Shown here: positions 8,726-18,690 of the stretch, piece by piece | Position numbering within the stretch: the stretch's first letter is position 1 | Layout: each line of letters begins with the position of its first letter | Program-made: the position numbers and the translations under genes | Notes under the pieces: generated by a model | What the model was told of the DNA's origin: nothing | The model's input: the letters and a program-made list of their open reading frames with translations, nothing else | Databases searched by the model: none | NCBI GenBank assembly: GCA_963835065.1 | Contig: CAWIEK010000019.1 | Location: 1 to 64,000, forward strand | Source: an uncultured Chthonomonadaceae bacterium | GTDB lineage: Bacteria > Armatimonadota > Chthonomonadetes > Chthonomonadales > Chthonomonadaceae | Direction of reading: 5' to 3' | DNA length: 64,000 nucleotides

Positions 8726-11059
8726 TTGGTGGTGAAAATTTCCTCTGTCCGCTGGTTCACCTGGGCGTTGCTTCTGTTGCTGCCAATGGAAGCGCGCTGC
8801 CAACCTGCCTCGCAAAAGAATGCCTCTGTTTGGGGCGATGTGATTGCGCCACAGGCGTTTGACCGGCAGCCTTTTCAGGCTATCGCCGTTCCCGATTGGC
8901 TGCAGGATTTGACGGGGCTGACCTACTGCTTTTCCGTGATGGATGCGGGCGGGCGCGACAGGGGCGTGTTGGCGGGCAGCCGGATGAGCGAAATGGGGTT
9001 TGTCAGTCCGCTTTTTGTCAATTATCCGAGCGCATTTCTCAGCAGGCACGACGCTAACCTGTCGCCCGACTATATTGATAAAGAGATTGCCGATTACAAG
9101 AAGCGGCATGTCCGTATTCTGGCTGTCGTGCCGCCGGGATTGCAGGGCGAAATTTACGAACAGCATCCCGAATGGCGGCGGATTGCGGCCAATACAACCG
9201 TGATTCCGCAGGTGGATTTGAAAGCGAATCCGGTTGGTGGCGGATTATGCCTGCTTGGGCCGTGGGGCGACAGGCTTGTGGATATTCTGGCCGAAGTTCT
9301 GACCCGTTATCCCGATGTGGACGCTTTTAGTTTCGACGGACTGCACTACTCCGGCTATTGTTACTGCCAGTTCTGCCGCGACAACTACCGCCACGATACG
9401 GGGCAGGAAATCCCCGCCGTTGACATGAACAACCTTGCGTTCCGGCGTTATCTGCTGTGGGAAGATCGGCGCTTGGAAGCGCTTGTCGAGCGGATGCAGA
9501 CGCACTTGAAAGCCATCAAGCCGGGCGTGGCGCTGGTGACGTGGACAACGAACGCGGGGCGGTTCGGGCATTTTCTGGATATTCCGCGCAATATGTCCGC
9601 GCGCATGAACCTGCTGTTGGACGCGCCCGATCAGGAATACTGGATGGACGAGACGAACCGGGGCAACACGCTTGTGCCCGCGTTCGCCAACGCCGTTATC
9701 TGGGCATACAGCAATCACCGCGTCGCGTTCAGTTCCCCCTACCTGTTTTCGCACGGCAACCCCTACGGCCCCGACAGTTTTCCGCCCGAAGAGGTTTTGC
9801 ACCGCGTTTTGCTGACAATCACGTATGGCGCGCGTCCGAGCCTGCCGCTTGCGCAGCCCAAACCGCTTCAGGAAGCCGTACTGCAAAGCGTCCGCGAAGT
9901 CGGCAGGCGCGCGCCCTGGATCACGCGCGTTCAGCCGGAACCCTGGGCCGCGCTGGTAATGAGCGACGCCACGCGAGTCTTTTACGGGCGCGAATCGGGC
10001 AGAGTGGAGGAACGCTACCTTGCCAGCGTCCTCGGCATGTTCCGCGCGTCCGTCGAGGAGCATCTGCCCGTCACGGTTATTGCCGACTGGAATTTGAACC
10101 CAACCGATCTGTCCCGCTACAAAGTTTTGATTTTGCCCAACATGGCCTGCCTGAGCGACGAACAGGCCCGCGCTATAGCCGATTTCGTCCGGCAGGGCGG
10201 CGGGCTTGTGGCAACGCTGGACACCTCGCTGTGTGACGAAATGGGCGAACTGCGCCATGATTTCGCGCTTGCCGATGTGTTCGGCGTCCACTACAAAGGA
10301 AGTCCGAATCAAGGGCTTCCGAATAAAGGCGTTCCTACCGGAGACAGCGGCAAAACGGATGCGCTGGATGTGAATTTCGTCAAAGGGCTGGACGCGAGTT
10401 ACTGGGAAAAGCGGAAGAACATCTACGATTTCCGGTTGGGCAAACACCCGATGCTTGCCGACCCGCGCCTTCGCGCGTACTTGGGCGATGCGCCCGTCGT
10501 GTTCAAAGGACAGGCGGCGGCTGTCGGCAATCTGGAAGCGGACGCGGTTTTGGCAGGCATGTTCGGCTTGCGCGACAAGCCGCAAACCCTCCCGGCGATT
10601 GTGGCGCGTTCTTATGGCAAGGGGCGCGTGGTGTATATGGCGGCGGGTTTCGATGCCGCATATTATACGTACCCGTATCCCTATCAGCGGCTCTTATTGG
10701 CGCAGGCGATTCGCTGGGCCGCGCCGCACCCCTTTGGCATTGCCGTAGACGCGCCGATGTGCGTTCACGCCACCTATTACCGCCAGAAAAATGCGCAGGG
10801 CGCGCGTTTGATTGTCCATCTTTATAACGACCTGAACAGCGCGGGGCATCATGCGCGTCCCGAAGACGACATTCCCCTGCGCGAAGAAACCGTTCCCATT
10901 CACGACATCCGCGTTCGCTTTACCGGTTATAACATCAAGCGCGTTCATCTGGAACCGGAAGGCCGCGCCCTGACATTGCGCCACATTGGAAACAGCGTGG
11001 AAGTGGGCGTTCCCGTTCTCGCTATTCACAGCATAGTGGTTGCAGAATTGGTCAAATAA
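8726..11059 (+). CDS. Putative glycoside hydrolase (GHL6-like) with beta-galactosidase trimerisation/GATase-like domain
   Basis: DVDAFSFDG..GYCYCQFC; YKVLILPNMACLSDEQ..FVRQGGGLVAT; start codon uncertain. Confidence 0.8.
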   Translation: MVVKISSVRWFTWALLLLLPMEARCQPASQKNASVWGDVIAPQAFDRQPFQAIAVPDWLQDLTGLTYCFSVMDAGGRDRGVLAGSRMSEMGFVSPLFVNYPSAFLSRHDANLSPDYIDKEIADYKKRHVRILAVVPPGLQGEIYEQHPEWRRIAANTTVIPQVDLKANPVGGGLCLLGPWGDRLVDILAEVLTRYPDVDAFSFDGLHYSGYCYCQFCRDNYRHDTGQEIPAVDMNNLAFRRYLLWEDRRLEALVERMQTHLKAIKPGVALVTWTTNAGRFGHFLDIPRNMSARMNLLLDAPDQEYWMDETNRGNTLVPAFANAVIWAYSNHRVAFSSPYLFSHGNPYGPDSFPPEEVLHRVLLTITYGARPSLPLAQPKPLQEAVLQSVREVGRRAPWITRVQPEPWAALVMSDATRVFYGRESGRVEERYLASVLGMFRASVEEHLPVTVIADWNLNPTDLSRYKVLILPNMACLSDEQARAIADFVRQGGGLVATLDTSLCDEMGELRHDFALADVFGVHYKGSPNQGLPNKGVPTGDSGKTDALDVNFVKGLDASYWEKRKNIYDFRLGKHPMLADPRLRAYLGDAPVVFKGQAAAVGNLEADAVLAGMFGLRDKPQTLPAIVARSYGKGRVVYMAAGFDAAYYTYPYPYQRLLLAQAIRWAAPHPFGIAVDAPMCVHATYYRQKNAQGARLIVHLYNDLNSAGHHARPEDDIPLREETVPIHDIRVRFTGYNIKRVHLEPEGRALTLRHIGNSVEVGVPVLAIHSIVVAELVK

Positions 11060-11218
11060 GAGCCTATCCTCATTGGGCCGGGTACTGAAAGTACCCGGCA
11101 ACAAAAAACAAGCGTCTGAAAGACGCGATTCTCGGCATTTAAGAATGCCGCGTCCGCAGGACGCTTGCACTTTCCTGCCGGGGATTTTCAATCCCCGGCC
11201 TCAAATGAGGATAGGCTC
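11060..11218. mobile_element. MITE/REP-like palindromic element
   Basis: 15-bp perfect terminal inverted repeat GAGCCTATCCTCATT/AATGAGGATAGGCTC enclosing five symmetric hairpins. Confidence 0.7.
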
Positions 11219-11243
11219 GAAGTGGTAAAACAGGAGGGTTCCG

Positions 11244-12389
11244 ATGCGAAAAATCAGCCGCAGCATTTTGCTCTTGATTGGCGCTGTTGCGCTTCCCGCG
11301 ATGGCTCATGCCGATGAGCAGGGGGAAGCCCTGCGCGCGCAGGTAGTTGCGTTTGCCCGCGCGGCGCAAAGTTTCACCGCCGACATGACACTGAGCGACG
11401 GGAAGAAGATGCAGGCAGCGTCAACCCTCCAAGTGAAGAAGCCCGCTTTCATGCGCGTGGAAACCGACTACACGGAAGGCAGGGGGCATCAAACTGAGGT
11501 TGTAGACGGCAAAACGGACTGGAACTTATATGCCCCGCTTGCCACAGCGACAGGGACAGCGAACCTGATCCATTCTCCGCTTGACAGGGATTACCGCGTC
11601 TATTTTCCCGGCGACGGCTGGCCCGGCTGGGGCGAACCCGCCTTTGAAGACGCGCTCGATATGTCCGGCCTTCCCGCCACTTACATCGGCCGGCAGATCG
11701 TAGAGGACACGCCTTGCGAGGTCATCGAACTGACCGGGCACAAGCAGACGATTCGCTGGTACATCGGTCCCGACAGCCAACTGCGGCGCGTGGAGGAAAC
11801 GCAGCAGCAATACCTTTTTCCGATGTCCAAAGCGCCTGTTTCCACGCGCATCTTCTCAAATTTCCACTGGAATCCCACCCTGCCCGACAGCGAATTTCAG
11901 TTTCAGCCGCCCGCCAACACCAAACCGGGAATCAACAACAAAGCCCACGCGGTTCCGCTCGGCTGGCAGGTTCCTCCGTTTCTTATTCCACAATGGCATG
12001 GCAGGCCGATTAGTCTGGCCCAGGCGCTTAAAGGCAAAAAGGCGCTCTTCTTGTTCTTTTCCGGCGGTTGAATCTGCTGCACGGAGGAGTTGCCTCACGT
12101 CCAGAATTTCGCGGCTCGGCTGAAACAGCAAGGAGTGAATGTACTGCTGCTTACCCTTCCGAATGGAGCCATAACCACCAAGCCCTGCATGGTCGCCCAT
12201 AACATGACGCTGCCCCTGCTTATCAGCGATGACCGCGCCATGGATCGCTTCAAAACAGCGTCTTCACCGGCGGCTTATCTTCTGGACAGTAAAGGCAGGG
12301 TCGTATGGACAGACCTCAATCGCACCAATACCTTGTCTGCGGCGTTGTCACGTCTGGGCATAGCCGTCACGCCGCGCGCTTCCAAGTAG
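11244..12389 (+). CDS. Secreted LolA/DUF2092-like + TlpA-type redoxin fusion, probable selenoprotein (UGA at 12069-12071)
   Basis: ORFs 11244-12071 and 12090-12389 are in one frame; read-through gives FFSGG-U-ICC-TEELPH and the later PAAYLLDSKGRV thioredoxin-fold motif. Confidence 0.75.
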
Positions 12390-12430
12390 CCTTCTTTACC
12401 ATCTTATAATCGTTCTTGTTCGTGTAACAC

Positions 12431-13132
12431 CTATACACCGGATATGGCGGGCGGTTCAGAAGACGTTTCACCGGATAGTTCCTGCGGCAGAGGCTTGCTG
12501 AGGGCGGAAAACGGCGGCGGGGGTGGGGCAATCGTGACGGGCGGCCACGCGATACGCGCCTTGCCCTTGATGGTCAGGCGTCCCGGTTCGCACTTGATCT
12601 CATCCAGCCGCACGGGAACCGCAAGTTTGGACAAATCCAGACTGAGCGAGTGGTTTAGATGCTGTTCGATCACGTCCAGCACGGGGCCGGGAATGGTAAT
12701 GCCCATACGCGCCGTTTGAAAATCCAGCCGTACCCGCGTCCCGTTGTCCACTACGGGGACGCCTTCGAGGGTAAACGGCAGGCTGAGAACGGATTTGACA
12801 ACATGGCCTGTAATTCGCGCTTTGCCCGATAGCAGCGCCAGTTTCAAGCCGCGCACGGGAGCCTCCGGGGGCAGGTTGGCGGTAAGCAGGCGATTCACAT
12901 TCGGTTCGCTCATCATGGCGGTAAACGTGGTTTCCTCCACGCTGATCTTACTGAGCGGTTCCGCTTCCCCGGCTACCTTCTGCGACTCAAACGCAATGGC
13001 CTTGCCGTCCAGATGCACCTCATCAATAACGATGTCCGGGCGCAATTGCACCTGCTGCAAATGTATCTGCGCACTCGCAACCGTAAATTCAACCCCTTGT
13101 TGTTGCGCAGGCGCGTCTGCCATTGCCACCAT
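12431..13132 (-). CDS. LmeA/DUF2993-like lipid-binding protein
   Basis: MSEPNVNRLL, LDLSKLAVPVRLDEIKCEPGRLTIKGKA beta-rich pattern. Confidence 0.6.
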   Translation of the reverse strand: MVAMADAPAQQQGVEFTVASAQIHLQQVQLRPDIVIDEVHLDGKAIAFESQKVAGEAEPLSKISVEETTFTAMMSEPNVNRLLTANLPPEAPVRGLKLALLSGKARITGHVVKSVLSLPFTLEGVPVVDNGTRVRLDFQTARMGITIPGPVLDVIEQHLNHSLSLDLSKLAVPVRLDEIKCEPGRLTIKGKARIAWPPVTIAPPPPPFSALSKPLPQELSGETSSEPPAISGV

Positions 13133-13474
13133 ACTTCACTCCTGTTCAGAATTTTCGATTGACGATTTTCGATTGCCGATTGAGGGTTAGGCTTCTTTCG
13201 TCTCCTGCTTTCCTCTTCTTTTCTTATCCCTTATCCCTTACCACTTACCCCTTGCACTCTACGTTTGTTACCGGGAAGGGGTTTCGTAGAGGCTGTGGCT
13301 GCGCCTGTGGTTGCGAGTTGAATGGGCTTGTGCAGAAATTTCAAGGTTGACATTGGCGTTCGTGTGTGCCAAAATAAGAATAGTCTACAAACTTGATAGA
13401 ATTAGTAACCATTGGCGGACCCGCTCTCAAAGGCGCGGTTCGCATCGGGTACAGCAACGCAAAGGAGCATCATT

Positions 13475-14107
13475 ATGGCTGTTCAGCTGGGGGATGTCGC
13501 CCCTGATTTTACACAGGAGTCAACGGAAGGCCCGCTTCATCTGTACGAGTGGGCGGGGGATAGCTGGGTTGTGCTGTTTTCGCACCCCAAAGACTTTACG
13601 CCCGTCTGCACAACGGAATTCGGCGCGGTTGCGCGGTTGAAGCCGGAATTCGACAAGCGCAACGTGAAGGTCGTCGGCCTAAGCGTGGATCAATTGACCA
13701 ACCACGCCGGGTGGAGCAAGGACATTGAGGAAACGCAGGGCGCGGCCTTGAATTTCCCCTTGATTGCCGACACGGACCGCACCGTATCGGATTTGTACGG
13801 CATGATTCATCCCAATGCCAGCGATACCATGACCGTGCGCTCCGTTTTCATCATCGGCCCGGATAAGAAAGTGAAACTCACGCTGACCTATCCGGCCAGT
13901 ACGGGACGCAACTTCCAGGAAATCCTGCGCGTGATTGACAGCCTGCAATTGACCGCCAAACACAAGGTCGCCACGCCGTCCGACTGGAAGCAGGGCGACG
14001 ATGTGATTATCACGGCAGCCGTCTCCAACGAAGATGCCAAAACCCTGTTCCCGGACTACAAGGAAGTCAAGCCCTACCTGCGCACCACGCCGCAGCCTAC
14101 GAGTTGA
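13475..14107 (+). CDS. 1-Cys peroxiredoxin (Prx6)
   Basis: FSHPKDFTPVCTTE, YPASTGRNF; RBS AAGGAG; upstream TTGACA-N17-CAAAAT. Confidence 0.96.
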   Translation: MAVQLGDVAPDFTQESTEGPLHLYEWAGDSWVVLFSHPKDFTPVCTTEFGAVARLKPEFDKRNVKVVGLSVDQLTNHAGWSKDIEETQGAALNFPLIADTDRTVSDLYGMIHPNASDTMTVRSVFIIGPDKKVKLTLTYPASTGRNFQEILRVIDSLQLTAKHKVATPSDWKQGDDVIITAAVSNEDAKTLFPDYKEVKPYLRTTPQPTS

Positions 14108-14223
14108 TAGTTGATAGTTGATAGAACAGTCCTAACAAGGATGCCGTTATGTCTCTATAACGGCCTAGTGTGCTTCGCACACGCACCCTTGTTAGAACCC
14201 GCCTGAGTTTGAGAAGTACAATC

Positions 14224-14264
14224 AACGCCGCCGTAAGCATGAGCCATCTGCTTACGGCGGCGTT
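14224..14264. terminator. Hairpin/terminator between convergent prx and tRNA-Thr
   Basis: AACGCCGCCGTAAGC-N11-GCTTACGGCGGCGTT, 15-bp stem. Confidence 0.7.
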
Positions 14265-14290
14265 ATATTGTATACAGGATTGATAGGGAA

Positions 14291-14362
14291 AGCCGACAAG
14301 CGGATTCGAACCGCTGACCTGCTGTTTACGAAACAGCTGCTCTACCACTGAGCCATGTCGGC
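14291..14362 (-). tRNA. tRNA-Thr (CGT)
   Basis: Canonical cloverleaf GCCGACATGGCTCAGTGGTAGAGC..TTCGTAA..GGTTCGAATCC. Confidence 0.97.
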
Positions 14363-14376
14363 ACGGAAACGAATAT

Positions 14377-14406
14377 AGTATAGCAAGGGCAGGCGGCTTT
14401 TGTCAA
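14377..14406 (-). promoter_or_regulatory. Sigma-70 promoter of tRNA-Thr
   Basis: TTGACA-N18-TATACT on the minus strand. Confidence 0.8.
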
Positions 14407-14661
14407 GTTCCGCGAAACCGGATTCCTCCCCAAAACCTTGTACGAACCAGGCGACAAAAGGACTATTCATCAGTCTGCGCCCATCAGCACATTCCGCGAA
14501 TTCTCAACCTTTCCTTTTATCTTCTTTTTCGTGTAGTTCGCGTGTTTCGCGGTTCCCATCTCCCTCATTGTTCTTTGCGCTCCTTCGCCCCTTTGCGGTT
14601 CCTTTCTCCTTATCTCCTCTTCTCCTCTTCTTCTTTTCTTCTTTTCTTTTCTTCTTCCCCT

Positions 14662-15747
14662 CTACGCCTCGGAACTGGCCCGCATTTTTTCCGCTTGGTC
14701 GGCGGTAATCAGCGAATCAATGAAGGGCTGAATGTCGCCGTCCATGACGGACGGGATGTTGTGAATGGTCAGGCCGATGCGGTGATCGGTGACGCGGCCA
14801 TCCTGAAAGTGATAGGTGCGGATTTTTTCGGACCGTTCTCCCGTTCCTACCTGCGAGCGGCGCGTACCGGCCTGCTCCGCATTGGCCTCCTGCAGCTGCA
14901 TATCGTACAGGCGCGCCCGCAGTACCGCCCGCGCTTTGATCTTGTTTTGCAGTTGGCTGCGCTCGTCCTGACAGGTCACGACAAGGCCGGTTGGTTTATG
15001 GATCAGTCGAATGGCTGTCGCCACTTTCTGCACGTTCTGGCCGCCCGCCCCCGCCGAATGGTAGATTTCTTCCTTGATGTCCGCCTCGTTGAGTTCCACT
15101 TCCACGTCTTCCACGACCGGCATCACGGCAACGGTAGCGGTAGACGTTTGCATGCGCCCGCTCGACTCGGTGACGGGTACGCGCTGAACCCGATGGACGC
15201 CGCCCTCGAACTTCAGCTGGCTGTACGCGCCCTTGCCCTCGATTTCAAACGTCGCTTCGTGCATGCCGCCAATGCCCGTCTCCTGCAAGTTGATAATATC
15301 CGTTTTCCACTTGCGGCGTTCCGCATAGCGCGTGTACATGCGGAACAACTCGAACGCGAACAGTTTGGCCTCTTCGCCGCCCGCCGCCGCCCGGATTTCA
15401 ATAATCACGTTGCGGTCATCTTTCGGGTCTTTGGGCATCAGCAGCAGCCGGATATGCAGTTCCAGTTCGTCAGCTTTGCGCTTTGCGTTTTCCAATTCCT
15501 CCTGATAATACAGGCGCTCGTCGCCATCCGCCATGCCGAGCATTTCTTCCGCAACCGGAATGTCTTCCAGCGTACTCTTATAGGCTTTGTACGCCGTCGC
15601 CACGTCTTCGATTTCGGTTTTGCCCTTCGCGGCCAGCGTATAGCGCTGATAGTCGCTGCTGACTTCGGGATCATTCATCTGCCGCAACAGTTCATCGTAG
15701 CGGGCCTCGATCTCATCCAATTTATTTTTCGCCTGTGCGAGTGACAC
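14662..15747 (-). CDS. prfA: Peptide chain release factor 1
   Basis: GAGGQNV, PVT recognition motif, EGGVHRVQRVP. Confidence 0.97.
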   Translation of the reverse strand: MSLAQAKNKLDEIEARYDELLRQMNDPEVSSDYQRYTLAAKGKTEIEDVATAYKAYKSTLEDIPVAEEMLGMADGDERLYYQEELENAKRKADELELHIRLLLMPKDPKDDRNVIIEIRAAAGGEEAKLFAFELFRMYTRYAERRKWKTDIINLQETGIGGMHEATFEIEGKGAYSQLKFEGGVHRVQRVPVTESSGRMQTSTATVAVMPVVEDVEVELNEADIKEEIYHSAGAGGQNVQKVATAIRLIHKPTGLVVTCQDERSQLQNKIKARAVLRARLYDMQLQEANAEQAGTRRSQVGTGERSEKIRTYHFQDGRVTDHRIGLTIHNIPSVMDGDIQPFIDSLITADQAEKMRASSEA

Positions 15748-16011
15748 AATACTAACCCTCCTCCAAAATACAAACAGCAGAGTTCAAAAAGAAAAGAGAC
15801 GTTAAAAGACGTTATCCACGAATGTTCATGAATGGGCGCAAAGGGGAGAATTCTTACCACTGATGAAACGGAGGAAACGGATGAACGCGGATTAAGATTC
15901 GGAATGGCTCTTTATCCGTGTGTATCCGTGTTATCCGTTCAATCCGTGGTAAGCTGTTCTCCTGCTTTCGCGCTAATTCATAACTGTTCGTGGATAACGT
16001 CTTGGGTGCTG

Positions 16012-18045
16012 CTAATGGCCGGATTTTTTCAGGACGATCTGGTCATCGGACGCTTTCAGCATGTCGTCGTAAAAGCCTTTGACTTTGGCATAGTCGGCGA
16101 CAGGCACCTGTCCCGGCTTGGAAACGAATGTATCGGCAATGGTGACGGTTTTGCCGTCCGTAGATTTGGTGATTTTGCGATGATATTCCTGAATCGGGCA
16201 AGTCAAATCCACGTCACCGGGCAGGTCGTCAATCTCAAAGCCGTCGGGAATGGTCAGGACAGTTTCGCTGCGCATGGAAGACGTGTCTTCTTCCACAATC
16301 GGCCATACGCGCTTGTCGGCCTTGTATGGGTTGTCCTTGAAGCCGCTGATGCTGCTGATAAGCGGTAGAATCAGCAGGCTTTTGCCCGTCGCCTTGCCAT
16401 AGTGCGCCGAGTCCAGCGTCATTTGCATCACGAACGGACCCGTTTTGTCCTGTCCGTCCGGCAGGCCAAAGTCTTTCACCTTGCCTGACAGTCCCAACTT
16501 GCCCGCGATGCTTTCCATCACGTCCTTGCGCTTGTCGGGCGCGATGTTGCGCACGGAATAGCGGATGGACTGCCCGAACTCGCCGAGCATTTTGGCTTCC
16601 GATTGGGTATGGGCGCTGCCGTCCGCCAGCATTTTGATGGTTGTTTTCACGTCCATGCTGTTTTCGGACGGATTGTACACGGGGATCGTCTCGAACTTGC
16701 CTTTGCCGTCGCGCACCACAAGCGCGTTCACGCCCCGGTCGCCGTCGGGAATGTCGCCATACGCGCAGGTTTCCGCAGTCGCGTCAAGCCACACTTCCTT
16801 GCCGTCCACATCCGCAACCGCGATGCAGTGGTTAAAAGCGTTGAGGGTCGGCAGGCCGTCGCCCACCACGCGCCGCTCGCCCGCATGGAGCAGAACGGGA
16901 TGCGCCTTGATATTCGCCAGCGCAAGCATGGTAATCAGCAGGTTGGCTTTGTCCTTGCAGTCGCCGTACATTTTGTCGTGAACATCGGCGGCGGGGTGCG
17001 GCTTGTACGCGGAAATGCCGAACTCAATGCCGACATAGCGCGTCCGGTTGGCGACCCAATCGTAAATGGCGCGGCATTTCTCCGCATCGGTTGTTTTGCC
17101 CGCAATCAGGGATGCGACGGTTTTGCGGATGGCGTCATTGGATTTGGCCTGCGGCTGCTGCAACCCCCAGAACCAACCCGCAATGTCCTGCCAGCCGTCC
17201 AAAGACGAGGCTTCCATCCAGATTTTTACATCGTCGGCTTTGGGCATGGACGGCTCAATTTCCAGCGGAGCCAGATTCTTCTTTTCCCACACGTAAGTTT
17301 TGGTGCGTCCGTCTATAGATGTCGTGACAACCGGTTCCAGTTTGTCGTTGTACATCTTGAACTTCATCGGCTTGTCGGCGGGCGCTTTCAGGGTCAGGCG
17401 GCTGACGCCAACAGGTTCAAAGCCGGAAAAGCCCCAGTACGTCGTAAACTGTCCGGGCAAGAACATCGGGTGCGTAATCATCTGGAACGTGTAATCAATC
17501 ACGCACTCGTCTTCGATGCCGGGCATGGAAAAGTTGATGCCGTGCGCGTCGTCGTACATCAGATAGTCGCCCGCAATGCCGCCGTCGCGCATGTCTTCGC
17601 GCTTCACGTCCTGAACCGTGCCGTCTTTCTTGATGGTGCGCGCGCTCAACACCCGCAAATCCTGATAACTGGCGTTGTAGGGCAGCACCACTTCAGCAAG
17701 CCTCTGCGCAATGGCATTGTTTTTGTATAGCTTGTAGGTAACGCGGTATTCGGCAATGGTCGTGCCGTCCGACTTTACCGTAACCGTGCCCAAATCGAGC
17801 AGGCGGGCGTAGCTGCTGTTCGGGTATTGGCTGGCCGGGGGCGCGTTTTTAATGGCGTCCAGCAAAACAGGATCAAGCCCCTTTTTGCCGGGAGTAGTTA
17901 CAGTTGATTTTTCCCCGACGGCTTTAGTTTTGCCGCTCTGCGGCGCAGCGTGGGCCGAACCGGCAGCAAGACTCAGGGAAGCCATCGTGGTCAGTGCAAG
18001 CACGGACGGCAGCACGGCAGCAAGGCGACGCCGACGATAGGACAT
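16012..18045 (-). CDS. DUF3857 + transglutaminase-like secreted protein
   Basis: Signal peptide; YGDCKDKA, FNHCI, WLDAT catalytic triad motifs. Confidence 0.92.
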   Translation of the reverse strand: MSYRRRRLAAVLPSVLALTTMASLSLAAGSAHAAPQSGKTKAVGEKSTVTTPGKKGLDPVLLDAIKNAPPASQYPNSSYARLLDLGTVTVKSDGTTIAEYRVTYKLYKNNAIAQRLAEVVLPYNASYQDLRVLSARTIKKDGTVQDVKREDMRDGGIAGDYLMYDDAHGINFSMPGIEDECVIDYTFQMITHPMFLPGQFTTYWGFSGFEPVGVSRLTLKAPADKPMKFKMYNDKLEPVVTTSIDGRTKTYVWEKKNLAPLEIEPSMPKADDVKIWMEASSLDGWQDIAGWFWGLQQPQAKSNDAIRKTVASLIAGKTTDAEKCRAIYDWVANRTRYVGIEFGISAYKPHPAADVHDKMYGDCKDKANLLITMLALANIKAHPVLLHAGERRVVGDGLPTLNAFNHCIAVADVDGKEVWLDATAETCAYGDIPDGDRGVNALVVRDGKGKFETIPVYNPSENSMDVKTTIKMLADGSAHTQSEAKMLGEFGQSIRYSVRNIAPDKRKDVMESIAGKLGLSGKVKDFGLPDGQDKTGPFVMQMTLDSAHYGKATGKSLLILPLISSISGFKDNPYKADKRVWPIVEEDTSSMRSETVLTIPDGFEIDDLPGDVDLTCPIQEYHRKITKSTDGKTVTIADTFVSKPGQVPVADYAKVKGFYDDMLKASDDQIVLKKSGH

Positions 18046-18274
18046 GCAGAAACTCCTTCAGCCACAGGGCAAAATAAGCGCGCGGGAAAGCGCGCAATGA
18101 GAAAGCAAAATAGGGATATATTAACGACGTACAGAACGGGCGAAAGTTACGCGGGTATACTCCTATTATCCTATGCTTTGGCGATTTCCGCAAGACATGC
18201 CGCAAGCATACCGGATGTTTTCAGTACAAGGCAACGCGACTCGCGTAAAATTCACAAAAATAATTCCAATGGGC

Positions 18275-18303
18275 TTGACATACCTAGATGAACAAGATAT
18301 AAT
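18275..18303 (+). promoter_or_regulatory. Consensus sigma-70 promoter of the padR operon with an overlapping imperfect palindrome (possible PadR operator)
   Basis: TTGACA-17nt-TATAAT; spacer region ATACCTAG..CAAGATAT. Confidence 0.8.
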
Positions 18304-18342
18304 GTTCACACAAGTTACAAAGACACCACAAGGAGGCTGACA

Positions 18343-18690
18343 ATGGCCGAAGATCGCGATCTATTACGCGGCAACATTCCTACCCTTATTCTTGCCGTCG
18401 TAAGCGAAGCGCCCCTGCATGGCCTCGCCATTGCCCGCGAAATCAATGAGCGCAGCAACAATGCTCTACAGCTTAAACAAGGCACTTTGTACCCGGCGTT
18501 ACATGCGCTGGAACGAGATGGCTGGATCAGCGGCGCGTGGGAAATCCTCGAAGGGGAGCGGCCCCGCAAAATCTATACCTTGACGCCCGCCGGCATTACC
18601 GAACTGGAACGCAGAATGAGGGCGTGGAAGCAATTCACTGCCGCGATGGAGAGCGTGACAAGGAGCAAGCATCGTGAGCAACCTGCCTGA
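18343..18690 (+). CDS. PadR family transcriptional regulator
   Basis: PLHGLAI, GTLYPALHALERDGWI, RKIYTLTPAG. Confidence 0.95.
   Translation: MAEDRDLLRGNIPTLILAVVSEAPLHGLAIAREINERSNNALQLKQGTLYPALHALERDGWISGAWEILEGERPRKIYTLTPAGITELERRMRAWKQFTAAMESVTRSKHREQPA

Noticed and set aside
14291..14362. tRNA-Thr as an integration site for an island
   Set aside because: No integrase and no duplicated tRNA 3' end seen in the window.
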